Shown here: positions 12,233 to 24,124 of the stretch, in pieces
Numbering within the stretch: position 1 is the first letter of the stretch
How the letters are laid out: every line of letters begins with the position of its first letter
Notes under the pieces: model-generated
Databases searched by the model: none
The model's input: only the letters and a program-made list of their open reading frames with translations
Told to the model about the DNA's origin: nothing
Made by a program: the position numbers and the translations under genes
Assembly: GCA_047495785.1 (NCBI GenBank)
Contig: JBLDXI010000010.1
Coordinates: 620,001-684,000, forward strand
Length of the DNA: 64,000 bases
Direction of reading: 5' to 3'
Origin: Lepidodermella squamata
Taxonomy: Eukaryota; Animalia; Gastrotricha

Positions 12233-14665
12233 TCAGCGGTTGGACATACTAATGCGTTCTTTGAGGATTGGCCAGTACCAAGTTATCGAAGTTGAACTCG
12301 AAATCGTGAAAAAGATGAACGCAGTGAATATTTGCTGCAGAACCATCCTTCCTCCCAGAGTTAGTATGATGAAGATTCCAGCGATAAACAAACAAGAGAC
12401 ATTGATGAGCCCGAAATTTGCCAGTTTTAATTCCTGCGCCAATGAGGACACGGCAGTATTTTTTTTGAGTATTTTCGAATATTTTATGCGAACGTTATTG
12501 GCCACGAAAAATCCAGCTGCTAACAAAATTAGGTTTTCAGCTGCGAGAATCGAAAGCAGAACCGAAAAATTGCCATTTTCACAAGTTGTAATGATATATT
12601 CGGTGAATACATCTAACGCAGGATCGTAGATTATCTTGTTTCCCCCAGCGACCAAGCATTGTATAGGATCAACCAGAAGCCAAATCATAAGATAAATAGC
12701 GGTTACAACTGAAGCGGCTATCGGGATCAAAACAGGCCGGGAATCGTATTCCTCGAGCAGCAGCTGTAGCTTCGCTTCAGAAGCATCACGGTCATTTTTG
12801 ACCTCCTTTCGCCCTTCTCTCTGCTCTGGCCGGACAATTACAAAGCGCGAGCCCACCTTGTGACTACGGCCCTGTTGATGCATGGTTGGCTTGGTTGATA
12901 CATGGTCTGTTGAATACGTCTTGACTTCGTTTATCACCATAGCTCCGTTTCCGAAATTTTTCCGAATGCGAATCAACTTCAACCACAAGCTAATAATTCG
13001 ACTCAACAGAGTTGCATTCATGCAAATTAGCCCCATAGCCCCAAGTATCAATCTGGCGTTGCTCGATTCCTTAGCGCTTGGAGCCGCAAATAGTACCGCT
13101 GAAGTGTCAATAGAAAGGAATGAAAATGTGCTTAAAGCAGGCAGTAAATCGGCTCGTATATTATGCCGATTTTTGCTCAGAGAAAGACCAATAAAAAGGA
13201 TCTGGGCACATGCTGTTAGTATTGCTAACACTAGAATGATCAGGAATTCAGCATACGATACTTGCTCCATTACGGTTTTCCTGCTAGCCTGATCCCTTGG
13301 GATGTTACCGCTCCAAATATTCCAAGTAAATTTGTCACTAGAAGACCGAACGCTCAAAGCTGGACTGTTGGCTATCGATTTAAATATTATTCTGGTGTTA
13401 TTCTTCCTAGTCCAATAGTTTATGACCGAAATGTCGTACATTTGCTGGCCAGTAATATTGCTGAAGCGTAACCGACCGATTCTGAGGCCCGCAAGGTCGA
13501 TTTCCATCATACTTCTATTCAACGCGTGGCTTACGACATCCGGCTTGTGATGATAATCGAAAAGAGTCATGTTACTTGTCAGCCTCAACGTTCGATCTCC
13601 TTCATGCAAAGCGAAAACAGCGAACATCGCCATATCATAAAAAATGTACCTTGAGACATCATCAGGAGCTCGAGTGAAATTTAGCCTTTTGTTTAATTCA
13701 GAATCGAATTTTTCTACAGACATGCCCAGGCTTGATGAAGCCGCATTGTCTTGCGTTGCGACAGTTGTCGGCCCTATAAAAAAGGTGATTTCCTGCTGTT
13801 TGCTGACAATTTCACGAGTGCATCCTGGCAAAAGAGGATCTGGGACCAGTGGAATTGCAGAGAAATCAGTCAGCAGCCCAGCGTTTGAAAAGAAAATATA
13901 TCTGGGCGCTGCCAGACCGGAAAAATATGCAAGGCAGTAGAACTTCCACAGTACTGCTGTTGTAGCGGTATAAAGGACAATAATCCGAATGTCTTTGCGT
14001 ATGATTTCGTCAATGACATTTTGGTCTATATCCATTGAAATGCTGAATACAGGCACTGAAAGATTGCGTTGCAACGCCTTGCTGTAAATTGTGAGAGATA
14101 CAGTGTAGTCGACGAGATTCTGAACAGTCGCTATTACAGCCAGTCTCCGCCATTTCGCAACAGTTTCGACAAATAGAATAAGAACCTCACTATTCGGGTC
14201 GATGACATTCAGTGTCAAATAGAGGTTGGGATATAGAACCCGATTTGAAAGAACCGATGAAATGCAAGCTCCACTCATCATCACGGCATTCAATTCATGA
14301 AGAATGGGACCGACGGCTTTGCAGCTTTGAGATAGTTGTCCTCCTACAATGATTGGTGATTTAATAACAGTGCTCTTGTTCGCGTCGGAGACAGGTTCCA
14401 AGTTTTCGTAAAAGTTAGCTAGAATACTGGGTGCGGCGTTTCCCATGCGTTCGTCTTCGAAAACTGGTTCGAGCTGGTAATCGGCCAGAATGTCGCTTCT
14501 GTTGTTTGCAATTTCAAAAACGAGGCTGACGACTGCTCTGAATGTTTCACCGAAGCGAGGAGGTCGGCCTGTAAAGGTTGTCGCAGCAAGAACTTGCATC
14601 CTATGTTGCTTTATCGCACAAACTGATGAGATCATCACAATGGCTGAGATTAAATGATTCAACAT
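12233..14665 (-). CDS. Orphan GABA-B-like class C GPCR (Venus flytrap plus 7TM), intronless
   Basis: 810 aa; signal peptide, RSDILADYQL, LSNRVLYPNLY, KWRRLAVI, FYCLAY, YDMA, W..NIPRD, then seven hydrophobic helices; no cysteine-rich domain. Confidence 0.85.
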   Translation of the reverse strand: MLNHLISAIVMISSVCAIKQHRMQVLAATTFTGRPPRFGETFRAVVSLVFEIANNRSDILADYQLEPVFEDERMGNAAPSILANFYENLEPVSDANKSTVIKSPIIVGGQLSQSCKAVGPILHELNAVMMSGACISSVLSNRVLYPNLYLTLNVIDPNSEVLILFVETVAKWRRLAVIATVQNLVDYTVSLTIYSKALQRNLSVPVFSISMDIDQNVIDEIIRKDIRIIVLYTATTAVLWKFYCLAYFSGLAAPRYIFFSNAGLLTDFSAIPLVPDPLLPGCTREIVSKQQEITFFIGPTTVATQDNAASSSLGMSVEKFDSELNKRLNFTRAPDDVSRYIFYDMAMFAVFALHEGDRTLRLTSNMTLFDYHHKPDVVSHALNRSMMEIDLAGLRIGRLRFSNITGQQMYDISVINYWTRKNNTRIIFKSIANSPALSVRSSSDKFTWNIWSGNIPRDQASRKTVMEQVSYAEFLIILVLAILTACAQILFIGLSLSKNRHNIRADLLPALSTFSFLSIDTSAVLFAAPSAKESSNARLILGAMGLICMNATLLSRIISLWLKLIRIRKNFGNGAMVINEVKTYSTDHVSTKPTMHQQGRSHKVGSRFVIVRPEQREGRKEVKNDRDASEAKLQLLLEEYDSRPVLIPIAASVVTAIYLMIWLLVDPIQCLVAGGNKIIYDPALDVFTEYIITTCENGNFSVLLSILAAENLILLAAGFFVANNVRIKYSKILKKNTAVSSLAQELKLANFGLINVSCLFIAGIFIILTLGGRMVLQQIFTAFIFFTISSSTSITWYWPILKERISMSNR

Positions 14666-15133
14666 TTTTGCGAACTGAAGGCCACGATGTTTTTTGAAAG
14701 CGCTCCCTTGCTCCCGTAGACTATCAGCAAAGCACTGACATTTGATGCTCCCAGCTTCCTGTAACCTAAAACCTAAAAAAGATTAAACGTGATGAGCATT
14801 TAAAAAGTCAAAGTATTTTATTCTCTAGTAGTCGAGCACTCTAGCAGTCTAGCAGTTTTATTCTCTAGCATTGCAATGTTACCTGAAGGAAAATAATTCT
14901 CCCATATCTCCAATCAGGCTTTTTGACATCCTGTCCCAATATGTATGCAGCGGGTAGCATCCTTTCTACTCTGGTTACCAGAGAAACACCAAGAAATTTA
15001 GTTGAACGTGCTTTTGTTATCTTGGGCGTATGGGGGACTAGGGGCGGTTACCTCCCATCATGGCATAACAAATGAAATGTTATCACAGACAGTAAATTCG
15101 AACTGGACCTTCTGTAGGATTCGCTCAATAAAT

Positions 15134-17677
15134 TCAGATATCAACCCTCACAATAGCTCTTCTGCGAAGTCTCGGTAAGAACCAAGTCATCGATGTTGTT
15201 AGCGAAATTATCAAGCTCATGAAAGCAATGACGAGATTCTGTTGAATCGGCCGCTCGCTCAACATCAGGATAATCAGCACACTCGCAATCATTAGACAAA
15301 AGGCATTGATTTGCCCGATAGCTAAAAGTTCAAATTCTTGCTTTCCGATAATAACAGTGGCTTCGCTTTTGAAGATGTAAGGATAGTTCTTCCGGAGCTG
15401 ATAACTAAGGAAAACCCCGGTGAGTAGAATAAGCCCATTGAAGGCTATTTGAGTAGATATCCAGACTGGTGTTTTCTTTCCCTCGCAAATTGTTACCAAG
15501 TACTCGGTGACAACATCAGCTACAGGGTCATGACCCTTTGCCCCATCCGTGCGTTCAATACAGGTCAGATGATCAGCTAGGAGCCATATCAACAGGAAGC
15601 AAGAAGCCGCTGAAAACGCAGCCGCCAATGCCCAAAATGGGATGTTCGATTTCGCCTCTTGACAATCGGCAATGATCTGTTCTATGTGGGCTATATCAAG
15701 ATGTTTTGCCTCAAACTTAATTGAGCTGCTAGCTCGGGCTGGCTCGTGCCCGATGGCCACACTGGCCCGTTTGGAGACGGTTGACTGCTTTCTCATGACT
15801 GACAAACGCTTCGTTGTCGTATGAAATGAGCCAGGCCTTGTGGTTGTTGACGGGCGAACAGCTTTTTGATACTGCTCGTAACTCTGGGAAACCTGTTGAC
15901 TGCTATTCAAACCCAGCCAGAGAAACAACGACCGACTGAACAAAAGTGTATGAATCGAGGTCAAGCCGATAGTCAGAAGTATGATACGTGTATTTGCGAT
16001 GCTTTCGACGTTATTTGAAGCAAATAATATCGCTGAAATATCCGATATGATTCCAGCGATAGTCCCTAAAAATTTTAAGAGCGGAACTCTATAACTTTCT
16101 TCAACTTCTGCCTGTTCGAAATCCGTCTTCAATATTGTGATAGCTGTGTAGATTTGAAAACAAATTATCGCAATGCCAATCACTAGAACAGTGATAAAAG
16201 CTTCAGTTGAAACTTGATCGAAGCTTTTTGCAAGAATAGCTTGATCCTTCGGAATCTGGCCATTCCAAAGCTCCCAGTTGAAAAGAGAGCCTTGAACCGG
16301 TAGCAATTTGTAGCTTTCATAAAAAGGCGAGCCAGCCAGTCGAGGATCTGTTGGGGACAATTTGTAGATAGCTTTCATCCCGTTCCGCAGGTTCCAATAC
16401 GTTATCGCCGAAATATCAGCCAATTGTTGACCGTTGACCTTACTATATTGAAGGTTGTCGATTCTCACGCCCTTCAACTGCATTTCCATCATTGTCTCAT
16501 TGAGAACTCGCACGATTAATTGTGGCTGATACTGATAGTCGAAAAGAGACATGTTCCGCTTTATCAGCTGTTTGTTTGTTTCTTCCAGAGCGTAAACCCC
16601 AAACATTGCCATGTCGTAGAACACATAACGTAGGACATCATCTGGGGGTCGTGTGAAGCTGAGCCTTCGGTCCAGCTCAGCATCAAAATCATAGACATTG
16701 AAGCCTAAAGTCGAGTTTTCTTTGAAATCAGCTTTGGCTGCTCTTAGGGAAGGTCCAACGAAAAAGGTTATCATCTGCTGTTGAACGACTACGTCCCTAG
16801 TGCAACCCCTGACGTTAGGATCAGCTATTTCTGGGATTGCAGATGGGTCTGATAGAATGACCACGTTACTGAAGAAAACATATCTCGGGCCCGAGATCCC
16901 AGAGTTGAAAGCCAAACAATAGAACTTCCATAGCACAGCCGTAGTCGCTGTGTACACTACAACAACTCGAATGTCATTCGCAATGATCGTGTCGATCGTC
17001 GTCTGGTCTATGTCTATCTGAATGCTGAATATTGGGATGGAGAGATTACGCTCGAGAGCTCTGGTGTAGATGGCCAATGATGCTGTGTAGTCATTCAAAT
17101 TTTGAACAGTCGTGATCACGGCAATTCGTTTCCATTTTGCGATGTTTTCGATGAAGTGGACAGTCACTCTTCCATTTGGGTCGATAACGGAGCATGTTAA
17201 GAAGAGATTAGGATACAACGCCCTGTTCCATAAGATCGGTGACAGACAAGCTCCGCTTAACATGACTACATTGACCTTATCCAACAAAGGCCCGACGGCT
17301 TTGCAACTCTGAGATAACTGGCCCCCAATCGCTATTGGAGATTTGTAAACCAGAGTTCCATCGGGTCCGTAGAACGGTTCTGAGTCTTTGAAGTACCCTG
17401 CCACGATTCTTGGCGCAGCGTTTCCTAGCAACTCATCTTCGAAAAAGGGCTCCAGCCGGAAGTCAGGCAGAATGTCGGCTCGTTTGTTAACTGCATCAAA
17501 GACGAGGCGAATTACCTCCTTGAAGGAATCACCATATCTAGCCGGGCGGCCGGATAGGGTGGTCATTGCAAGAACTCTCATATTTTTCGGCTTGGCTGAT
17601 GCTTCAACCGCAAACCAATGTAAGAATACAATCAGCAAAAACAGATGCATTCTCGTTGATAGGTCGAAATTTCGCAT
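15134..17677 (-). CDS. Orphan GABA-B-like class C GPCR, tandem paralog of 12233-14665
   Basis: 847 aa; shares GGQLSQSCKAVGP and YTATTAVLWKFYCLA; 7 TM helices. Confidence 0.85.
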   Translation of the reverse strand: MRNFDLSTRMHLFLLIVFLHWFAVEASAKPKNMRVLAMTTLSGRPARYGDSFKEVIRLVFDAVNKRADILPDFRLEPFFEDELLGNAAPRIVAGYFKDSEPFYGPDGTLVYKSPIAIGGQLSQSCKAVGPLLDKVNVVMLSGACLSPILWNRALYPNLFLTCSVIDPNGRVTVHFIENIAKWKRIAVITTVQNLNDYTASLAIYTRALERNLSIPIFSIQIDIDQTTIDTIIANDIRVVVVYTATTAVLWKFYCLAFNSGISGPRYVFFSNVVILSDPSAIPEIADPNVRGCTRDVVVQQQMITFFVGPSLRAAKADFKENSTLGFNVYDFDAELDRRLSFTRPPDDVLRYVFYDMAMFGVYALEETNKQLIKRNMSLFDYQYQPQLIVRVLNETMMEMQLKGVRIDNLQYSKVNGQQLADISAITYWNLRNGMKAIYKLSPTDPRLAGSPFYESYKLLPVQGSLFNWELWNGQIPKDQAILAKSFDQVSTEAFITVLVIGIAIICFQIYTAITILKTDFEQAEVEESYRVPLLKFLGTIAGIISDISAILFASNNVESIANTRIILLTIGLTSIHTLLFSRSLFLWLGLNSSQQVSQSYEQYQKAVRPSTTTRPGSFHTTTKRLSVMRKQSTVSKRASVAIGHEPARASSSIKFEAKHLDIAHIEQIIADCQEAKSNIPFWALAAAFSAASCFLLIWLLADHLTCIERTDGAKGHDPVADVVTEYLVTICEGKKTPVWISTQIAFNGLILLTGVFLSYQLRKNYPYIFKSEATVIIGKQEFELLAIGQINAFCLMIASVLIILMLSERPIQQNLVIAFMSLIISLTTSMTWFLPRLRRRAIVRVDI

Positions 17678-18311
17678 GATGTTGTAAGGGCAAAATTGGG
17701 TAATGTTTTTTTCAATTTAGGTGTGCTATTTGTTGGATGACAAAACTGCCTGAAAACACGTTCCTCTGGTAGCCCCGCGAACATGTAGAGCAAGGGAGTT
17801 AATTTTCGATAATAGAGCCGTGTTTCGAGGTAAAACCAGTTAATTTAGCTTCGTCTAAGACAGCGACGAGCAGACGTGGAGATCGGATTACACTTTATTC
17901 TAAACTTGATTTTCGAAATTGCAAAAGCTTTGATTGATGTAGGGCTAGAGACAATTTTAAAGCATTTAATTTCCTGATTACCAATCAGGATTAATTAATT
18001 CCCTGCAAGCAACCTGTCCCAGGTTATTTAATCTCATTCTCTCAATCTCTGCAAGTAATGCTGCTCCAGTCTGGATTGAATGAAAAACTGGCGAATAAAA
18101 AGGTGACGAAAAGCTGTAAATTTCCTAGTCAGGATTATGCATAACAACACATCTATAAATCAATGCGATTAATTATTAAGAAAATATCGAAAAATCGAAT
18201 AAGCGTGCTAGTGTACTCCCTCGCTACACTTCGCTCGGTTCAACGTAAAGTTATTTCACACAATTCTCGTTGATAAAACCCAATTTCCGTGAAATACTTC
18301 CCACAACCATA

Positions 18312-19185
18312 ATGACCGTGAGTTGACATATTCTTTCTTAAATCTAGAATTCAAAGTCGTTCCATTTAGGACCCAGTTGTAACTAACAACTTGTTACTTG
18401 CCATCATCAACAAGAGAGCAGACCTCGTCAAACAGATTCTAGACACGAAAAAGGCTGATTTGAATGGGATCGATGATAAGTTACCACTGCTTGGAGCTAT
18501 CCGCTTTGCTGATCCAACAATAGCCGGCCTTTTGCTGGATGCAGGCGCTGAGATCGACCTGGCAAGCAAACGAACTGGTATGACAGCCCTCCAAGCTGCT
18601 TGCTCTATTGGCAATAAAAAAGCGGTTGAATACCTCATATCTCGCGGGGCCAGTATGGAACTTGCGACTATGAATGGGAAAACCGCACTTCTGATTGCCT
18701 TCGAAAACGTTCAAATCGATGTCATTGACCTGTTGCTGTCTAAGGGCGCAAAGGTCACTCATCAAGATTTGCAGGGCCAAAATGCTTTCCACTACGCCGG
18801 CAAGTATTTCACCCACGCTAAACTCAACAGAGCTATGACATTCAAGTTTGACGAGAACCAGGTGGGGAAACACGTGCCGGAAGATGACGACGATTACGAC
18901 TTGGATTCGACAATTTTCACAAAGCTGAAAATGCTGTTCCATCGAATGAAAGACATGGGCTGTAATGTCAATCTCGTGAGTGAGGGGAAAACCCCTCTGA
19001 AAATGGCGATTGAAGCTGAGAATGTCGAGGTTGCCAAGACTTTGCTGGATATGGGCGGAAAGCGACAGGCCTCGCAGGTTACAGAAGCAGACTCAGAAGC
19101 TGCGGAGAAGATCAAGGGATTTCTGTCCTATATGATGTCAAGCTCGAGTGGTACGGAAGCTGCTGAGATTCTTGATACAAAATAA
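18312..19185 (+). CDS. Ankyrin repeat protein; exons 18312-18317 (Met-Thr) and 18370-19185
   Basis: Ankyrin motifs GMTALQAAC, GKTALLIA, GKTPLKMAI. ATGACC|gtgagt...tttag|GAC, a 52-nt intron, supplies the start codon in frame. Confidence 0.85.
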
Positions 19186-19512
19186 GGATTTCACTCTGGT
19201 TTCATGACTGCATGAGAAAATTCAATTCATGCCGTATTTAAGTATTTATGTTCCTCAAAATGTTTCATTTAAATTTTGCCTTATTTATCGGACTAGACTT
19301 TGTGACTATTGGTGATCAATAAAGACGTGTTTTTGCCGAGTTTTGACCCGGACACAGCGCCGTTAGTAATATGATTAATTCCTTCTTCAAAACCGTCATG
19401 AGGGGCATAGCTTCCGCCTGAGGGTGGACAGGTGGCTCTACGCATTTCCTTGTCAAAACTTGCCATAATATGACTTCAGGGCTGACGAATCTCCATAAAA
19501 CATTTACAAAAA

Positions 19513-19890
19513 ATGATTTCGCTCTTGAGAGTTCTATTTTTGGCTATATTGATGCAATGTTGCAGTTGCAATGATCAAGCGAAAGTCGACTCCGAAGTTC
19601 CTGTTGGGAATGATAGTTCCCCCAAATCATGGAGCCCAGATCAAGATCATCCCGCTCAGCCGTGGACCCCACTCAGGTACTTCAGACGGAAGGCCTTAAT
19701 AGCAAGAGACCCAGCGGCAGACGGCGAAATCGGCCCGTTACTACGATCGATGAGCTGGCATAAATTAATCTCGAACGAGAGGCATCAGACAATCTCGCCG
19801 TCTCAGATCACTGATCAGAGCAACGAATTGGTCTTCTTGTCGCGTCCTAGCTCGTACAGGTCGCGATTTAGGGTTCATCGTAACATTTAA
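19513..19890 (+). CDS. Small secreted orphan protein, possible peptide precursor
   Basis: A-rich ATG context, hydrophobic signal peptide MISLLRVLFLAILMQCCSC, RRK site, AATAAA at 19935. Confidence 0.55.
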   Translation: MISLLRVLFLAILMQCCSCNDQAKVDSEVPVGNDSSPKSWSPDQDHPAQPWTPLRYFRRKALIARDPAADGEIGPLLRSMSWHKLISNERHQTISPSQITDQSNELVFLSRPSSYRSRFRVHRNI

Positions 19891-19959
19891 AAAAATGCAC
19901 GACGCATGATTTATTTTTACAATGTGGACAATTAAATAAAGAATTAGCTTGACGATGAC

Positions 19960-21323
19960 TCATATACCCATAATCCTACAGTACTTATCAAACCAGTCGC
20001 GGTAGAGGTCCCCAGCCTGGGCGATGATGTGTGGTGACCTTTTGAGGATGACATGCTGAGCATAGAAACGCCGACATGCCGCTAGTTCAACTGCATGTAC
20101 GTAATTGTTCATCAAAGCTTTCCTTTGCTCTCGATCTGTGACGCCGCGATATTGCAACCTCAAAAAAGCTTCGTATGATTTCGATAAATCAACCTTGGCA
20201 TTCGTGACAGCTGATGGATTAACCAATCCGGTCTGGCGATCTGAATATAATGCGAAGCAAATTCCTTCGAATTACCCATATTAGCGTCAAAACTAACCAT
20301 TCATGAAAAGAAAGGCTGTCGTGAAAGCGATCTCAGTTTTGGATGGGCCCCACTCTGACTGAATGCGAATCAGGACATCAAAATCTTTCGGCAAAGACTA
20401 GAAAGGAAATCATAAAAATATCGAAGATAAGTGTTCAAATCTGACCTGCAATTCGGGATAATATTGAAGTAGAGCTTTCAATGCCGGCGAGTTCATCCTG
20501 CTAACAGTCATTTGAGCTTGCTGGCTGAAAATCGCAATCATAGCCTTGCAAATAAAACTTGAAAATAGTTGACATCTGTCGTCAAGATTCAACGAGCTGT
20601 AACCTAATGAGGATGAATCATGAACTAGCTGTAAATGATGGTAAAACAATGCATACCAATTATCGACTTGACAAAGTTTTTCATCTCAATTACTTGTTGG
20701 GGGAATTTTGAAGTGCCCACTACACGCAAGAAAGCGGTTTCGTATGGATTTGGTAGAGCAGGTAAAGTAGGAGCCTCGATGGTTTCTTGAATCTATGAAA
20801 ATCAAGGGCTCGAAGTTCGGTAATTTTTTACGAACTGAACATACCTTCATAATATTCCCTTGAAGTTCGAAATTGCTTCTAAGAAGCTCGTGGATCGAAT
20901 TCTCAAGGTTAATTGATCCTTGTTCAGCTAGAACCAGCGTAGGAGCTGGAATGAGCGCGTTCTCGTCATCAGTTGAAGTAGTCGAGGCCAATTTACGAAG
21001 CCGACGCTTGCCCATGCCAACCTTCACGCACTGTTCGAATCGGCATTTCGAACAATTGAATCGCCAGCTCTTGCCGCTTGCCTCCACTGTATCAAACTCC
21101 TTGACTCTGGTCATGCAGTTATTGACACCTTGAATGCATTCCAAATCGTTAACTCCCTTCTGGCGAGTTCTTATGAAAAATCTCTGAAAAGGGTTATAGT
21201 GGAAGCAGAATGAATCGTTATGATTCTTTGTAGTCTTACTTTGCAAGCTTCGCAAACATAGGCGCCGCAACGCTTGTATTTGTTAGCCCAAATGCCGCAA
21301 ACTTCGCATTGAATGACTTGCAT
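19960..21323 (-). CDS. Divergent nuclear hormone receptor (365 aa); exons 21323-21240, 21183-20845, 20792-20657, 20603-20446, 20397-20298, 20240-19960
   Basis: Spliced C4 zinc fingers CEVC...CEACKRFFIR...CIQGVNNC...CSKCRFEQCVKVGM; ligand-binding-domain signature FVKSIIGYSSLNLDDRCQLF; five GT-AG introns of 48-57 nt that all keep frame. Confidence 0.88.
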
Positions 21324-21873
21324 TTTCAATACATAGCATGAATATCGAAATGAAACGAGGAAATTGCAGTATTTTGTTGTGCTTTTATCCTAGAATAAAG
21401 CTGGATCAATTACTTATGAATAAATGAGACCTGTCATGTTTCACGAGACCTCATATTCCACGACGGTTGCTGCATTTGAGCGTCACGAATATTGATAGGT
21501 TCTGAAAGCGCGGGAACGTTTCATGCTAGGATGTTTAACCTTGTCTTACTAGCCCGGACATTAGCGCTGCCGTACAAGGAAGGAACACCTGTGTCTTTTC
21601 GTTTTCCAGAGCATAGTTCAAAATTGGACATTTTATAGGCAATAATTCAATCAAAATGCCGGAGATCTGTGTCCTGTGAGAGCCCACAAATGACATCCGA
21701 CTTACCCACTCTAGACCGCAACACTCTAGCACTCTAGACAGCAAAAAGTCGGTGTAAAAACGTAATGAAATTACCTCCTCATGTGCCTCCTCACTACCGT
21801 CTCTGACAAACGCTTGCACACCCTCTGCTCGAGCCTGTATCTTTTACTGTTATTCTTGATTTCCATGGTTTCC

Positions 21874-22049
21874 ATTTAGTATTGAAAAGATCTTGTTGAG
21901 AGAACAACTTCACACTGGTGGTCTCAAAAGATCTTATTCCACCGTCTTAGGACAGGATGACTCAGGTGATCACCCTAACTTGTCATGCAAGCTTGTCAAA
22001 TGACTTTGGGCGGTTATGATCTCTCAAAAAGATCTTTTCAATACTAAAT
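21874..22049. repeat. 30-bp inverted repeat pair, MITE-like
   Basis: 21874-21903 ATTTAGTATTGAAAAGATCTTGTTGAGAGA matches the reverse complement of 22020-22049 with one mismatch. Confidence 0.6.
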
Positions 22050-22509
22050 CAAGTCCGAGGAGTAAGAAAATCAATATTAGAAGCTTCCAGGTGTTATGGT
22101 TAGAGATCCAGAGAGATGACTAAGATGACCCAAGATCTCCCCTAAGGGGGTACTCCAGCGCCGGAGGGACAAAAAGTCGATTTTTCTGACTTATTGGTTT
22201 TTCAACGGTTTCTAGGTAATTCGACCATGCTGAGTTCAGCGCAATTTACAGAAGTGCTCTATCTATCTTAGTTTTTGCGCTACAACATAGAGGAGGTCAG
22301 GCGACGCGACGACTGACTTGGCAAAAATTCAAAATTCCCCCATAAATGCGTTACCATGGAAAATATTTTTAATAATTTTAAATTGTATTTAATTAAATAT
22401 TTTTAGTGAGAATTTAATAAAATTATTGAACTTGCGTGAAGAAAATGAGGGAAAAGGCGGAATTTTCAAACTTTTACCTGCACGGAACTAAGCGGGGTCC
22501 GGAATTGAG

Positions 22510-22844
22510 CGCATTGTTTATCAATACATGAAGTGCAGGTTCTGTAGCATTGATTTCGGCAGCGAATTTACGATGATGATAATGGCTAATGATGATAAAT
22601 CTAGATGCTTTACCACTACGCGCTTCGACGCCTCAGTTGCGTCTTTGTAGTTGATTTTCGACCTGATTTGTACTGCTGCCTTTTCGGCTCCTTGAATGTT
22701 TCGGCATGCTAGAATAACTTTGGCTGCCCCTCTTTTAGCCAACTGGTATGCTGTTACCTTGCCAATGCCGGTCTTTGAGCCAGTTACAATGCAGACTTTC
22801 TCTTCGATGGACAATTCGCTCAAGGGAGATACGGCGGATGACAT
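22510..22844 (-). pseudogene. Truncated retinol-dehydrogenase-like SDR
   Basis: Matches exon 1 of the 35.5-39.7 kb SDRs (VCIVTGSKTGIGK). Frameshift after DLSSL; homology ends after LINNA; no catalytic exon follows. Confidence 0.8.
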
Positions 22845-24124
22845 GGTTCAAAATCAGTGCTAGGGTATTCGAGAATATTGCGTTTTGCTTTGTGAAAATG
22901 ACAACTGAATCATGTGATGGAGTTCGCAGGATTTATGCATAATAGCGAATCGGTCATAAAACTTGACCTTCTACTTCAATGCAAGTACGTGCGTAAGCGC
23001 GCTAATGTATTTTATCATGAGATAGCCGGTCAATTTGTTTGACCTCTTATTAGAGAATCGCATAAATACTCAGAGCTCACGCTATACGTTTTTTTCGGCC
23101 GGATTTATAATGGCCGATCCACGGTACAAACTTCATAATTAGTGTTTCCATGCGAAGTGCGTGAGTGACCGATCTGTACCATCATTGTCTATGGCCGATT
23201 GGGTTAACCCAAAGGGCAACATGCCCAAGATGGCGATATAGGTTATTAGGGTAACCCATTTGAAATAGATGGTTGTCTATAACGATAATGCATGGCACAA
23301 TAACGCCCAATTAGCTGATGCGATGAAGCATTTCTATCTTCATTTTTATTTATTCATTTTTCTATTCTATTTCAAATGCCAAGAGCTTTACTGCCTCGTG
23401 ATGCTGCTGAGAAGAAGGTTTTCATAACGGCTTGTTCTCAGGCTGGCAAGATTGCACACAAAACCTTAGACAACCTTAGACCCTAAGACAAAAGAAAGAG
23501 GTCGTCACTTATTAAAATTTATTTCTGACAAAGGAAAGATTTCTAAGCAGATTTTAGCATGAAAAAACCACATAAACAGAAAAATAACGTCATTAAGGGT
23601 GCGTTTCTTTATCTCAATTTTATTTCATTTTTTAAAATAAAATGGAAATAAAATGGTCATTTCATCGATATTCATCGTTTATAAATTTTTTGTTTTTTCA
23701 CGTTTCTATTCATCATTTTATTTTATAAAATGGCGTAAATAAAGCACGCGTTTCATCGAAAAAATCCATTTTTTCAGCTCAAGGAAAAACAGGCGGTTCA
23801 GCAGTTTTGGTCATATTTTACGCTTGTATTCTGAGGCTTTTCTGCAGAAAAAGCCTAATTTATATCGGTTTATATACATCTGCCCTTGTAAAAGAGCTAA
23901 GCAGAACTTAGCTCAACAACGTCACTTCTGTAATGATGTTCGAGCAGCGACACTTCAGCAACTGCCACTATAGCTGTTGCATTATTCGCAACTCAACTGT
24001 GACTTTTTATCAGTCTAAAAAGCTTACGACATCTGTTTAGCGTTCAGTTTGACTTACGAACGAAAAAACGAAAAGCTTTTTAATTTGTCCTTTTTTTCAG
24101 ATAAAACGAACGAAAATGTACAAT

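Noticed and set aside
12228-13940. Antisense ORFs over the GPCRs, SDRs and ankyrin genes
   Set aside because: Shadow frames of real genes, many with TTG or GTG starts and no motifs.
12233-17677. Naming the GPCRs GABBR1/GABBR2, or the channels as specific nAChR subunits
   Set aside because: Too divergent and multi-copy; orthology needs a phylogeny.
19960-22844. Nuclear receptor plus RDH-like SDR as a retinoid signalling module
   Set aside because: The receptor lacks the RAR/RXR P-box (CEGCKG) and the adjacent SDR is a pseudogene; proximity alone is insufficient.
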